From assembly GCA_903854335.1 (NCBI GenBank), contig CAINVY010000010.1, forward strand, positions 69,060 to 133,059: a stretch of 64,000 bases of DNA, in the 5' to 3' direction. The notes below the pieces were generated by a model, which was not told the origin of the DNA, did no database searches, and saw only the letters and a list, made by a program, of their open reading frames with translations. Positions 9,696 through 18,161 of this stretch are shown piece by piece (position 1 is the first letter of the stretch; every line of letters starts with the position of its first letter). The position numbers and the translations under genes are program-made. The DNA is from an uncultured Candidatus Peregrinibacteria bacterium. GTDB taxonomy: Bacteria; Patescibacteriota; Gracilibacteria; Peribacterales; Peribacteraceae.

Positions 9696-9792
9696 CGTGA
9701 GAGACAAACCTACGGTTTTTCTCTCACGAACTCACTTTTCCCTTAGCAGTGCGGCTTCATCGCGGGACCCACGAGACCCGCGCTTCGCCGCG
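9696..9792 (+). repeat. 97-nt hairpin-rich repeat, copy 1 (starts 6 nt after the permease stop codon)
   Basis: The reverse complement matches 28992..29088 at 86 of 97 positions (manual ungapped alignment). Contains gagagacaaacc-tac-ggtttttctctc and a GC-rich second hairpin. Confidence 0.85.
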
Positions 9793-9892
9793 ATGAGTTA
9801 TGTGAACTCTTGGCACCAACTCAATTATTCAATACGTGCAGAGCGACGATAACGTTGGCTACGGAACACGCACTCGCCTAGAATGACGGGCG

Positions 9893-11971
9893 ATGTCTCT
9901 TCTCCATCCCACATCCGTCGCCGTCATCGGTGCATCGGGAGATGAACGAAAAGTGGGACATTTGATTTTAAGAAATCTTCTGACGCAGGGATTTTGCGGA
10001 AACGTATTTCCCGTCAATCCCAAGGGAGGGGAAATCCTCGGACACGCGGCATACAAGTCCATCGGGGATATCACGGAACACGTGGATCTCGCGATCATCG
10101 TCACGCCGGCCGAGACGGTCGCTCCCCTCGCTGAGGAATGCGGAAAGAAAGGGGTTCCATCACTTGTCGTCATCAGTGCGGGTTTCCGCGAGAGCGGGGA
10201 AGAAGGAAAGGTACGGGAGGAAAAACTTCAGGAGATCGTGAAGCACTACGACATGGATCTCGTCGGTCCCAACTGCCTCGGACTCATGCGACCGTCGATC
10301 GGAATGAACGCCTCGTTCGGCAGTCATCTGCCGCCCGCCGGATCCGTCGCGCTCCTCAGCCAGTCCGGCGCACTCGGACAGGCATTCATGGATCGAGCGG
10401 GGAGCATCGGACTCAAAATCTCGCTGTTCGTCAGCATGGGAAATAAAGCGACAATGGACGAGAGCGACTTCCTGGAGCTTTGCGAACGCGATGAAGAAAC
10501 GAAAGTGATCGGCCTCTACCTGGAAAACATCCGCGATGGCCGTCACTTCCTCGCGCTCGCACGACGCATCAACCGCACCAAGCCCATCATCCTGCTCAAA
10601 GCGGGAACGACGGAACGGGGACGTCGCGCCGTCTCCTCACACACGGGCGCACTCGCGGGCTCCGATGCGGCCGTCCAGGCGATCTGTGGCCAGAGCGGCA
10701 TCAGACGAGCCCTTACCGCGGAAGAATTCCTCGACATGCTGCGCACGCTCTCGCTGCAACCCGCCCTCCTCTCGTCCTCCATCGGCATCATCACGAACGC
10801 GGGCGGCCCCGGCGTCCTCGCCGCCGACGCGGCGGAGAGAGAAGGCATCTCCCTCGTCTCACTCTCTCCCGAAAACGAAGAGCATCTCAAGAGCATCCTT
10901 CCGCCCACGGCGAGCATCCGCAATCCCATCGATGTCATCGGAGACGCCCTCGCCGATCGTTTCGAACACGCGATCCAAGCAGTTGCCAAAGATGAGAATA
11001 TGGATGGCGCGCTCGTGATCGTAACGCCGCAAGTGATGACACCGACGAAGGAAATCGCCGAAACCATCATCGCCGCAAAGAAGAATCACCCTCTCTTCCC
11101 CATCGTCACGTCATTCATGGGAAAGGAAGGCGTGCGCGATGCGATCACGCTCCTCCATCAGCACGGCATCCCAAATTTCTCCTGCCCGGAAATCGCAGTG
11201 CACATGCTCTCGATGCTTCGTTCGCCCATCGATGCTCCCACGGAAGATGAAGATGTCCCGTTCAATGCGAAACGAGCCGAGAAAGCGCGCCAAATCCTCA
11301 CCGAGGCCGGTCCCGGCCTCCTGAGCGAAGATCGCACCGCAGCACTTTTCTCCCTCTACGCTCTCCCGCTGCCCAAGGGACGCGTGGCCAAGACCAAGGA
11401 AGAAGCGGTGGTGATCGCTCGGGACATCGGCTTCCCGGTGGCGGCAAAGATCAGCTCCACAGATATCGTGCACAAGACGGATGTCGGCGGGGTGCGCGTC
11501 GATCTCCAGACGGAAGACGACGTCCAGAAAGCGTTCGATGCCATCTGGACCAGTGTTGCGTCGAAAGCACCGAACGCTAAAAGAGATGGCATCCTGATCC
11601 AACAATTCCTTCCTCCCGGGAATGAATTCATCGTAGGAACACTGAAAGACCCGGGAGTGGGGCAGCTGGTGATGGCGGGACTGGGTGGCATCTACACCGA
11701 GCTCTTCGCCGATGCCTCCTTCCGACTCGCGCCCGTGTCGCTCTCCGTCGCCTACCCGATGCTCGGCAGTCTCAGAAGCTTCCAGATTCTCACGGGCATG
11801 CGCGGCAAAGCACCGCTCGATACCGCCGCACTCGCCGATCTCATCTGTACGACGTCGATTCTCGCCGTGGAGTGTCCCGCAATCGCCGAGATCGATATGA
11901 ATCCCGTGCTCGTGACGGAAAAGGGACTGACGATCCTCGATGCGAAGATCATCGTGAATGGGAAGAGATAA
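9893..11971 (+). CDS. ADP-forming acetyl-CoA synthetase / acyl-CoA synthetase (NDP-forming), fused alpha-beta
   Basis: CoA-binding N-terminus SVAVIGASGDERKVGH, a succinyl-CoA-ligase-like middle (LVGPNCLGL, SQSGALG, ITNAGGPGVLAAD) and a C-terminal ATP-grasp domain. Confidence 0.9.
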   Translation: MSLLHPTSVAVIGASGDERKVGHLILRNLLTQGFCGNVFPVNPKGGEILGHAAYKSIGDITEHVDLAIIVTPAETVAPLAEECGKKGVPSLVVISAGFRESGEEGKVREEKLQEIVKHYDMDLVGPNCLGLMRPSIGMNASFGSHLPPAGSVALLSQSGALGQAFMDRAGSIGLKISLFVSMGNKATMDESDFLELCERDEETKVIGLYLENIRDGRHFLALARRINRTKPIILLKAGTTERGRRAVSSHTGALAGSDAAVQAICGQSGIRRALTAEEFLDMLRTLSLQPALLSSSIGIITNAGGPGVLAADAAEREGISLVSLSPENEEHLKSILPPTASIRNPIDVIGDALADRFEHAIQAVAKDENMDGALVIVTPQVMTPTKEIAETIIAAKKNHPLFPIVTSFMGKEGVRDAITLLHQHGIPNFSCPEIAVHMLSMLRSPIDAPTEDEDVPFNAKRAEKARQILTEAGPGLLSEDRTAALFSLYALPLPKGRVAKTKEEAVVIARDIGFPVAAKISSTDIVHKTDVGGVRVDLQTEDDVQKAFDAIWTSVASKAPNAKRDGILIQQFLPPGNEFIVGTLKDPGVGQLVMAGLGGIYTELFADASFRLAPVSLSVAYPMLGSLRSFQILTGMRGKAPLDTAALADLICTTSILAVECPAIAEIDMNPVLVTEKGLTILDAKIIVNGKR

Positions 11972-11996
11972 TATCTCCTTTCTTTCTCGAAGTTCT

Positions 11997-12416
11997 TCTC
12001 TTTCTTTGTCAGGCGCGACAAAGAAAGAGAGAAAGAAAACGCCTGCCTGCCGGCAGGCAGGCTGGCGCGCCGAAGCTCATCATCTGGCTCTGCGCCTTTG
12101 CTCCGGCTGCTCCAAGGTTTCGCAGCCGTCGCGTCGGCGGAATGCCACGGCGTTTCGAACGCCGTGGCACAGAGCCTCGCCTCCACTTTCAAAAACTCGT
12201 TCTCGTGTGATAAGCAACGGCGCGCGGACTGAAAGGTTGTATATATTGCTTCACAGAAAAAACACACACCCACAAAGCCGGAGCGCGCAACACGGGGTGG
12301 AATAGTTTTTCAGAGGAATCATTTTACGAAGCATTGTTGCGCGAGCCTGCCTGCCGGCAGGCAGGCACTTTCTTTTCGCCTTTCTTTCTTGCCCTGAGTA
12401 AAGAAAGGCGATATGT
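11997..12416. repeat. composite palindromic repeat locus (mosaic of hairpin modules shared with three other intergenic loci)
   Basis: Perfect 14-bp-stem hairpin at 11997-12030. Identical 22-bp perfect palindromes gcctgcctgccggcaggcaggc at 12041-12062 and 12345-12366. Module 12063-12135 is an inverted homolog of 30519-30592. Hairpin gccacggcgtt-tcg-aacgccgtggc at 12144-12169. Hairpin cgcctttcttt...aaagaaaggcg at 12377-12410. Confidence 0.85.
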
Positions 12417-12461
12417 GTCGCCTTGAGAAAGAAGGACAAAATTCTGCTACGCTAGTCTCCT

Positions 12462-12980
12462 ATGCAAGACACTGCCCTGAGTCTTCCGCAAACGAAGGAT
12501 TGGTCGCGCGTATTCCTTTTCGCTTGTTTCGCTGCAATCACGCTCGCTCCTCTCACGATGATCCATGCGCAGTGGCTCACCGGCCCTCTCGTGAACGCCA
12601 TGCTCCTGCTCACCTGCGTGCTGGTCGGCCCCCTTCAAGCGGTCATCCTCGGACTCTTCCCCAGCCCCACGGCGCTCGTGAGCGGATTGCTCCCCCTGCC
12701 GCTCGCGCCGATGCTGCCGTTCATCATGATTTCCAACGCACTCTACGTCATCGTATTTTCCCGCTTGCAAAAGCGAAATATGATCGTGGGCATCGTGACG
12801 GGTTCGCTCGCGAAATATCTCTTCCTCCTGCTCTCCTCCCGCTTCCTCGCCACCACGCTCCTGCCGCCAAGCTCCCTGCACCTGGCATCCGGGATGATGG
12901 GAAGTATGCAGGGAATCACCGCGCTTGTGGGCGGGGCGATCGCTCTCGCCATCCTCTCTTTCACTCGTCTCCGTGCCTGA
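12462..12980 (+). CDS. polytopic membrane protein (ECF-transporter S-component-like; function uncertain)
   Basis: About 5 predicted TM helices. QWLTGPLVNAMLLLTCVLVGP resembles vitamin-transporter S components (recalled from memory, not verified). The stop overlaps the likely GTG start of the next gene. Confidence 0.5.
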   Translation: MQDTALSLPQTKDWSRVFLFACFAAITLAPLTMIHAQWLTGPLVNAMLLLTCVLVGPLQAVILGLFPSPTALVSGLLPLPLAPMLPFIMISNALYVIVFSRLQKRNMIVGIVTGSLAKYLFLLLSSRFLATTLLPPSSLHLASGMMGSMQGITALVGGAIALAILSFTRLRA

Positions 12981-13974
12981 CATCATTGTGCGCCTGAAAG
13001 AGGCGAACATCATCGGGCGGGGCGGGGCGGAATTCCCGGCTCATCAGAAGTGGGCGGCAGTGCGCGATGCGACGGCAAAGGCGAAGTACGTCATCTGCAA
13101 CGCCTCCGAACGCGAGCCGGCCGTCTTCAAGGATTTCCACATTCTAAGCCATGAACCCGAGAAAGTATTCGCGGGACTCACCCTCGCGATGACCACCGTC
13201 GGCGCAACGGAGGGCATCTTCAATCTCAATGCGGAATACGCGCAGAAGCTAAAAGAAACCTTCTCGACGCTCATCGCCAAAGCGAAGGGAGAAGGATGTG
13301 CCATCCGCATTTTCGAAGAATTTCCCTCGTACATCGGCGGCGAAGAGACGGCGCTGCTCAACGCCATCGAAGGACGACGCTGCGAGCCGCGACTGCGCCC
13401 GCCCTTTCCCACCGAGCAAGGCCTCTACGGCTGTCCGACGCTCATCCACAACGTGGAGACGCTCTACGACATCGCGTGCGTATCCGATGGCACCTTCGAG
13501 GGCAAACGGTTCTACTCGATCTCAGGCGCCGTCGAACACACGGGCGTGTTTCACCTGCCTTCCTCGCTCACCGCGCTCCAGGTTCTCACGGAGACCGGTA
13601 ACCTGCCCGAGGGCGATTTCTTTGCGCAACTCGGAGGAGGCGGGAGCGGTGCAGTCTTCAATCGCACGCAATTGGAAACAGAGAGAGTGCGTGGAGCCGG
13701 CGCAATCATCGTGCATCGATGCGACGAAGACGCGAGAGGACTCGTGCTCTCGTGGCTGGAATTCTTCCAGAGAGAGAGCTGCGGCAAGTGCACGCCATGC
13801 CGCGAAGGCACCTACCAGCTCGTCCGTCTGATGGAGGATAGTGACGCAATTCCCTGGGAGCGCATGACGCCGATCTTCGACGTGCTCGAGAAGACATCCT
13901 TCTGCGCGCTGGGTCGGTCGGTTCCCCTACCCGTGCAGAGCTACTATCGAAACGTATTTCAACGACAATCATGA
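12973..13974 (+). CDS. NuoF/HydB-like FMN- and NAD(H)-binding flavoprotein with [4Fe-4S] site
   Basis: GRGGAEFPAHQKW, YIGGEETALLNAIEG, PPFPTEQGLYGCPTLIHNVET, ESCGKCTPCREGT...FCALG. GTG 12973 chosen; it overlaps the upstream stop at 12978-12980. ATGA overlap with hydA. Confidence 0.85.
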   Translation: MPDIIVRLKEANIIGRGGAEFPAHQKWAAVRDATAKAKYVICNASEREPAVFKDFHILSHEPEKVFAGLTLAMTTVGATEGIFNLNAEYAQKLKETFSTLIAKAKGEGCAIRIFEEFPSYIGGEETALLNAIEGRRCEPRLRPPFPTEQGLYGCPTLIHNVETLYDIACVSDGTFEGKRFYSISGAVEHTGVFHLPSSLTALQVLTETGNLPEGDFFAQLGGGGSGAVFNRTQLETERVRGAGAIIVHRCDEDARGLVLSWLEFFQRESCGKCTPCREGTYQLVRLMEDSDAIPWERMTPIFDVLEKTSFCALGRSVPLPVQSYYRNVFQRQS

Positions 13975-15740
13975 AAGCGATCCCGCTCGACACCGGCAGA
14001 GAGGTGACTGTCTTCCTCAATGGAAAGTCCTGCAACGCACAGGAAGGAGAGAGCATTCTGACCGTCGCGCTGCGGGAGGGATTCGATATTCCGCACTACT
14101 GCACACACGAAGACCTGCCCATCGACGCGAACTGCCGGACCTGCCTGGTAGAAATCGAAGGGAAGAATACCGTCGTCACCTCCTGCAGTCTGCGCGCTAC
14201 CGAAGGACTGCGCGTCCTCCTGGACACACCACAGGTCATTAAACTTCGCACGCAGAATATGGAGCTCCTCTTCGGCGACTACCAGAGTAATTCTCCGCGC
14301 ATCCGCCACGGGTACTACAGCCGCACGCTCGAGGAGATGAAGCGATTCGGCATCACGGGAGAGCAGTACAAGCGCGACGATCCCCGTCGCCCGATTCACA
14401 AACTTGGCTCGGCCGCCGAGTTCGATCCCGCGCTCTGCATCGCGTGCAACAAATGCGTAGAGGCCTGCCAGATGATCGGCATTTGCCACCTGCGCCTCGA
14501 GGGCCGGGGCTCCAAGACGCGCGTCGACTTCAACCCCGATCCCGCAAACGACTGCATCTACTGCGGACAGTGCACCGCGCACTGCCCCGTGGAAGCGATC
14601 CGCGAGCAAAGCCATCTCGAACAGGTCGTCGAAGCACTGAGAGATGAGGACAAAATCGTCATCGTGCAATCCGCTCCCTCGATCCGCACGAGCATCGGGG
14701 AAGGTTTCGGCGTCGAGCCGGGCACGGATCTCACCGGAGAACTCGTCACGGCCTGCCGCATGCTCGGCTTCGATAGAGTGTTCGACGTGAACATGGGCGC
14801 GGACATCACCACGATGGTGGAAGCGGAGGAACTCATCAAGAGGCTGCGGCACAAGTGGGACTTCCAGGAAGGAAAACGCAAGGATCCTCCCGTGAAGGGG
14901 CCGATGTTCACCTCGTGCTGCCCCGGCTGGGTGAAGTTCGTGGAATTCTACAAGAGCGATTTCATCCCGAATCTCACCGTCGCGCGCTCACCACAGATCC
15001 ATTCGGGAGGCGCGTACAAAACATGGTGGGCGGAGAAGGAAGGGATCGATCCGAAGAAGATCGTCGTCGTTTCCATCATGCCGTGCACGTCGAAGAAGTA
15101 CGAAACCACCTTCGAACACCTCAAGATTGACGGGATGAAGCCCGTGGATTTCGTCCTCACGACCCGCGAACTCATCTCGCTGCTCAAAACACGGAAGATC
15201 GATCTGCCCCGCCTCGAGAAAGGCGAGGTAGACCGCGAGGGCATGTACTCGGGAGCGGGCGCCATCTACGGCGCATCCGGCGGCGTGATGGAGTCCGCGC
15301 TGCGCACTGCGTACCGCATGCTTACGGGAGAGGATTCTCCTTCCATCGAGTTCACGTCGGTACGAGGATTCGACGGCTTCAAGCGCGCGAAGATTCAAAT
15401 CGGAACGAGAACGGTCTCCGTCGCCGTCGTCGCGATGCCGAAGAATTTCTGGCCGGTCTTCCGCGAGATCGCCAAGGATCAAAATGCCTACGACTACGTG
15501 GAATGTATGGCCTGTCCGGGAGGCTGCATCGGAGGAGGAGGGCAACCGATCCCCAACACCTTCGCTCTTGTGAAGAAGCGCATCCAGGGACTCTACGGGA
15601 TCGACAAGAACATGACCTTCCGTCGCGCCCACGACAATCCCGTTGTACGCGACTACTTCACCTACCTCGACACACTTCCCGCCGAGAGGCGTGATGCGCT
15701 GCTGCGCCGTGGCTTCCAGAAGAAAGCCAAAGGGGAATAG
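13971..15740 (+). CDS. hydA: [FeFe]-hydrogenase catalytic subunit with N-terminal ferredoxin-like domains
   Basis: H-cluster motifs FTSCCPGW, MPCTSKKYE and ECMACPGGCIGGGGQP. N-terminal 2Fe-2S (CTHEDLPIDANCRTCLVEI). Two CxxCxxCxxxCP motifs (CIACNKCVEAC, CIYCGQCTAHCP). Confidence 0.95.
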   Translation: MKAIPLDTGREVTVFLNGKSCNAQEGESILTVALREGFDIPHYCTHEDLPIDANCRTCLVEIEGKNTVVTSCSLRATEGLRVLLDTPQVIKLRTQNMELLFGDYQSNSPRIRHGYYSRTLEEMKRFGITGEQYKRDDPRRPIHKLGSAAEFDPALCIACNKCVEACQMIGICHLRLEGRGSKTRVDFNPDPANDCIYCGQCTAHCPVEAIREQSHLEQVVEALRDEDKIVIVQSAPSIRTSIGEGFGVEPGTDLTGELVTACRMLGFDRVFDVNMGADITTMVEAEELIKRLRHKWDFQEGKRKDPPVKGPMFTSCCPGWVKFVEFYKSDFIPNLTVARSPQIHSGGAYKTWWAEKEGIDPKKIVVVSIMPCTSKKYETTFEHLKIDGMKPVDFVLTTRELISLLKTRKIDLPRLEKGEVDREGMYSGAGAIYGASGGVMESALRTAYRMLTGEDSPSIEFTSVRGFDGFKRAKIQIGTRTVSVAVVAMPKNFWPVFREIAKDQNAYDYVECMACPGGCIGGGGQPIPNTFALVKKRIQGLYGIDKNMTFRRAHDNPVVRDYFTYLDTLPAERRDALLRRGFQKKAKGE

Positions 15741-15819
15741 ATTGGAAATACATTGACAAACATACAAATAATGTCTATAAGTACACCTGTCTCGTCCGGT
15801 ATTCTTTCCTCTTAATATC

Positions 15820-16758
15820 ATGCGCTCTCCCCTCTCTCGCACACCGACTCTCTCTGCGATCATCACTTCGCTCGTCGCAACGATGCTGCTTGCGAGTGTG
15901 CCTATGGGAAGAGCCAACGCCCAGAGCGCGACCATGCTCGTGACATCAAATGAAAACCCGTCCGCTTACGGCGACGTGCTCACCTTCACGGCATTCGTCA
16001 ACGCCTACTACCTCGGAGGAACGGTGACGTTCTACGACGGCTCCCAAAGCCTCGCGACCGTACCGGTACAGGGGAATGGCTCCGCTACATTCAGCCTCTC
16101 GCAGCTTAGCATCGGCAACCATACGATCACGGCGACCTACAACGGGGACGGCATGAACCCGACCATGAGATCCAACGCGTTTCAGCAGAACGTGGGGATC
16201 GGAAATTCCTACTACAACAATGCGAATTACTACAACAACTGGAGTTATAGTAACGGCAGTTACTACAACAATGGTTACAACAATACGTACTATAACACCC
16301 CAACGAGCGTCACCATCACTTCCAATCGCAATCCCGCTTCGGACGGAGATCTCGTGACGTTCACGGGACGCGTCATCGGCCAGTACCCGTCGGGCACGGT
16401 GACCTTCTACGATAACGGAGCGAGCATCGGCACCGCCGGCCTGACGAGCGACGGACGGGCCACATTCACCACTTCACTCTCCGTCGGCGCTCATGGCATC
16501 GTCGCCCGGTACAACGGAGACGCGAGGAACTCCAGCAGCTCATCCTCCATTTTCAATCAGACGATCAATCCGCGAACGTATTACTACAATAACTACAATT
16601 ATTACGGCTCCTACAATTATCAAAGACCGATCCCCGTCTTCCAGCTCCCTCCGTACCCGCAGCCGACCTACTCCCAGCCATGGAGACAGCCGTACTATCA
16701 GCAGAACTACCCGCATTACCAGTATTTCCAACACCAGCGTCCTCAGTGGTGGAGGTAA
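15820..16758 (+). CDS. secreted protein with two Ig-like repeats separated by Asn/Tyr-rich low-complexity segments
   Basis: Signal-like N-terminus. Two repeats: NPSAYGDVLTFTAFV...GTVTFYDGSQSL...ATYNGD and NPASDGDLVTFTGRV...GTVTFYDNGASI...ARYNGD. Low-complexity segments YYNNANYYNNWSYSNGSYYNNGYNNTYYN and YPQPTYSQPWRQPYYQQNYPHYQYFQHQ. Confidence 0.6.
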   Translation: MRSPLSRTPTLSAIITSLVATMLLASVPMGRANAQSATMLVTSNENPSAYGDVLTFTAFVNAYYLGGTVTFYDGSQSLATVPVQGNGSATFSLSQLSIGNHTITATYNGDGMNPTMRSNAFQQNVGIGNSYYNNANYYNNWSYSNGSYYNNGYNNTYYNTPTSVTITSNRNPASDGDLVTFTGRVIGQYPSGTVTFYDNGASIGTAGLTSDGRATFTTSLSVGAHGIVARYNGDARNSSSSSSIFNQTINPRTYYYNNYNYYGSYNYQRPIPVFQLPPYPQPTYSQPWRQPYYQQNYPHYQYFQHQRPQWWR

Positions 16759-16914
16759 GCTCGACCGTCGCATCATCGCTGCGAAATCCCATGCCCCTCA
16801 AGAATATCGAGGGGCATTGCAAATCCCCCTCCATTGAGTTAATCATTTCTTAATGGACTCTCCCCTATAGAGGACCGCCACACATTCCGCTTTCCCATCT
16901 CCTGTCACAGCTCA

Positions 16915-18081
16915 ATGCTCGAAGTCTTACCGCAACCAGAACGGCAATCCGAAGTCCTCAACCGCGTGCTAAAGCGCATAAAGGCGCTGCATGCGGATTC
17001 CACAGTTGAGCAGAGTGATCATGAGCGCATCATGGAAGGAATGAGCAGCCAGATCATCGGAGAGACGACGCGCAGAGCACACCGCGCACTCATCAGACAG
17101 GAAGCAAGACGGTTGGCAGAGGGGAAGGAAAAAGAACAATGGGACGATGCTAGACTGGCGCGAGAAATCGCCGCCATGAAACAAGATGTGACTGCGGAAA
17201 TGTTCCGGGAACACTGGTTCGAATCCACGCTGTCCACACACGATGCCCCCATCCACGCTGCGACGTACGGATCATCGATGTTTCGTTACGATTTACGCAC
17301 ACTCATGGCGGAAGATCCCTCTCCCGATCGTCTCAAGGAATTCGGTTGGATTATGTTCGATGTGAACGGACTGCGTTCCTTCAAAGATTGCACATCACAT
17401 GAACACACGACGCGATTCCTCCGGGGAATCGTGCGAATTCTGGTTGATCCAAACGGTCCCACGCGCAGTCGCCTTCAGGAGGACGGCATCGACGTGATTC
17501 CCATGGCTACGGGAGGAGATGAATTCGTCCTGTACCTCCGCGGCAAGACGCCGCTTGATACTGCACACATCGACGGCACCATCGCCTCCTTCCAACGGGA
17601 AGTTTCTACGAACGAAAGTCTGAGGACATCCCTCGATTACGACGACGAGCGCGTGCTCGTGAGATACGGTATGCCATCAAGGCAACAACGACAGGACTTC
17701 GCGCTCTTACCACACAGAGAGCGAGGAGAAAAGCTCGCCAAGATTCGCGCCACGCTCCCCGAGAACTTCATTCCTTCTATGGCGGGCGGCGGGGCACTGC
17801 TTGAGGAAGGAATTTTGCATGCTGTGGAGACAGATGAACACGATCTTCTAGGAGAAGAAAACTTCCTTTCCATCAGAGAAAAAATTATTCAAAGCACACT
17901 CGACCTTGCGGAAAGTCGACAGAAAAGAAACAAGGAAGCTGATCTCGCCAGGTTGCGGGAAACCCATCCGAGGCAGCATGCCTTTCGCCTCCGCAACCAT
18001 GAGAATCGCGCGCTCCAATCTGAACTGACATCCGCACGTGCCCGCATCCGAGAACTTCTTGAGGGGATAAAAACCCATTGA
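16915..18081 (+). CDS. divergent GGDEF-like (nucleotidyl cyclase palm) domain protein with helical N- and C-terminal regions
   Basis: WIMFDVNGLRSFKD...IPMATGGDEFVLYLRG parallels the canonical D-x-D-x-FK...GGDEF layout. No TM, sensor or EAL/HD-GYP domain was recognised. Confidence 0.5.
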   Translation: MLEVLPQPERQSEVLNRVLKRIKALHADSTVEQSDHERIMEGMSSQIIGETTRRAHRALIRQEARRLAEGKEKEQWDDARLAREIAAMKQDVTAEMFREHWFESTLSTHDAPIHAATYGSSMFRYDLRTLMAEDPSPDRLKEFGWIMFDVNGLRSFKDCTSHEHTTRFLRGIVRILVDPNGPTRSRLQEDGIDVIPMATGGDEFVLYLRGKTPLDTAHIDGTIASFQREVSTNESLRTSLDYDDERVLVRYGMPSRQQRQDFALLPHRERGEKLAKIRATLPENFIPSMAGGGALLEEGILHAVETDEHDLLGEENFLSIREKIIQSTLDLAESRQKRNKEADLARLRETHPRQHAFRLRNHENRALQSELTSARARIRELLEGIKTH

Positions 18082-18161
18082 AGTATTACGGAGTCTCGAT
18101 GCTCAAGCCCTCATACGAAAAGACCGCCCCCGGGCGGCCCTCTCGTTCGTCTTGTCTGTTC

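Noticed and set aside
11872-12439. Several overlapping 60-170-aa ORFs containing P-A-G/C-R-Q-A peptides
   Set aside because: They are translations of the 22-bp palindromes and hairpin modules in both strands. They are mutually overlapping, low-complexity, and share the same DNA repeats with other intergenic loci.
18121-18140. GC-rich palindrome ccgcccccgggcgg between the GGDEF-like gene and the convergent Met/Gly-rich gene, considered as a terminator
   Set aside because: The loop would be only about 2 nt, and no T-tract follows on either strand.
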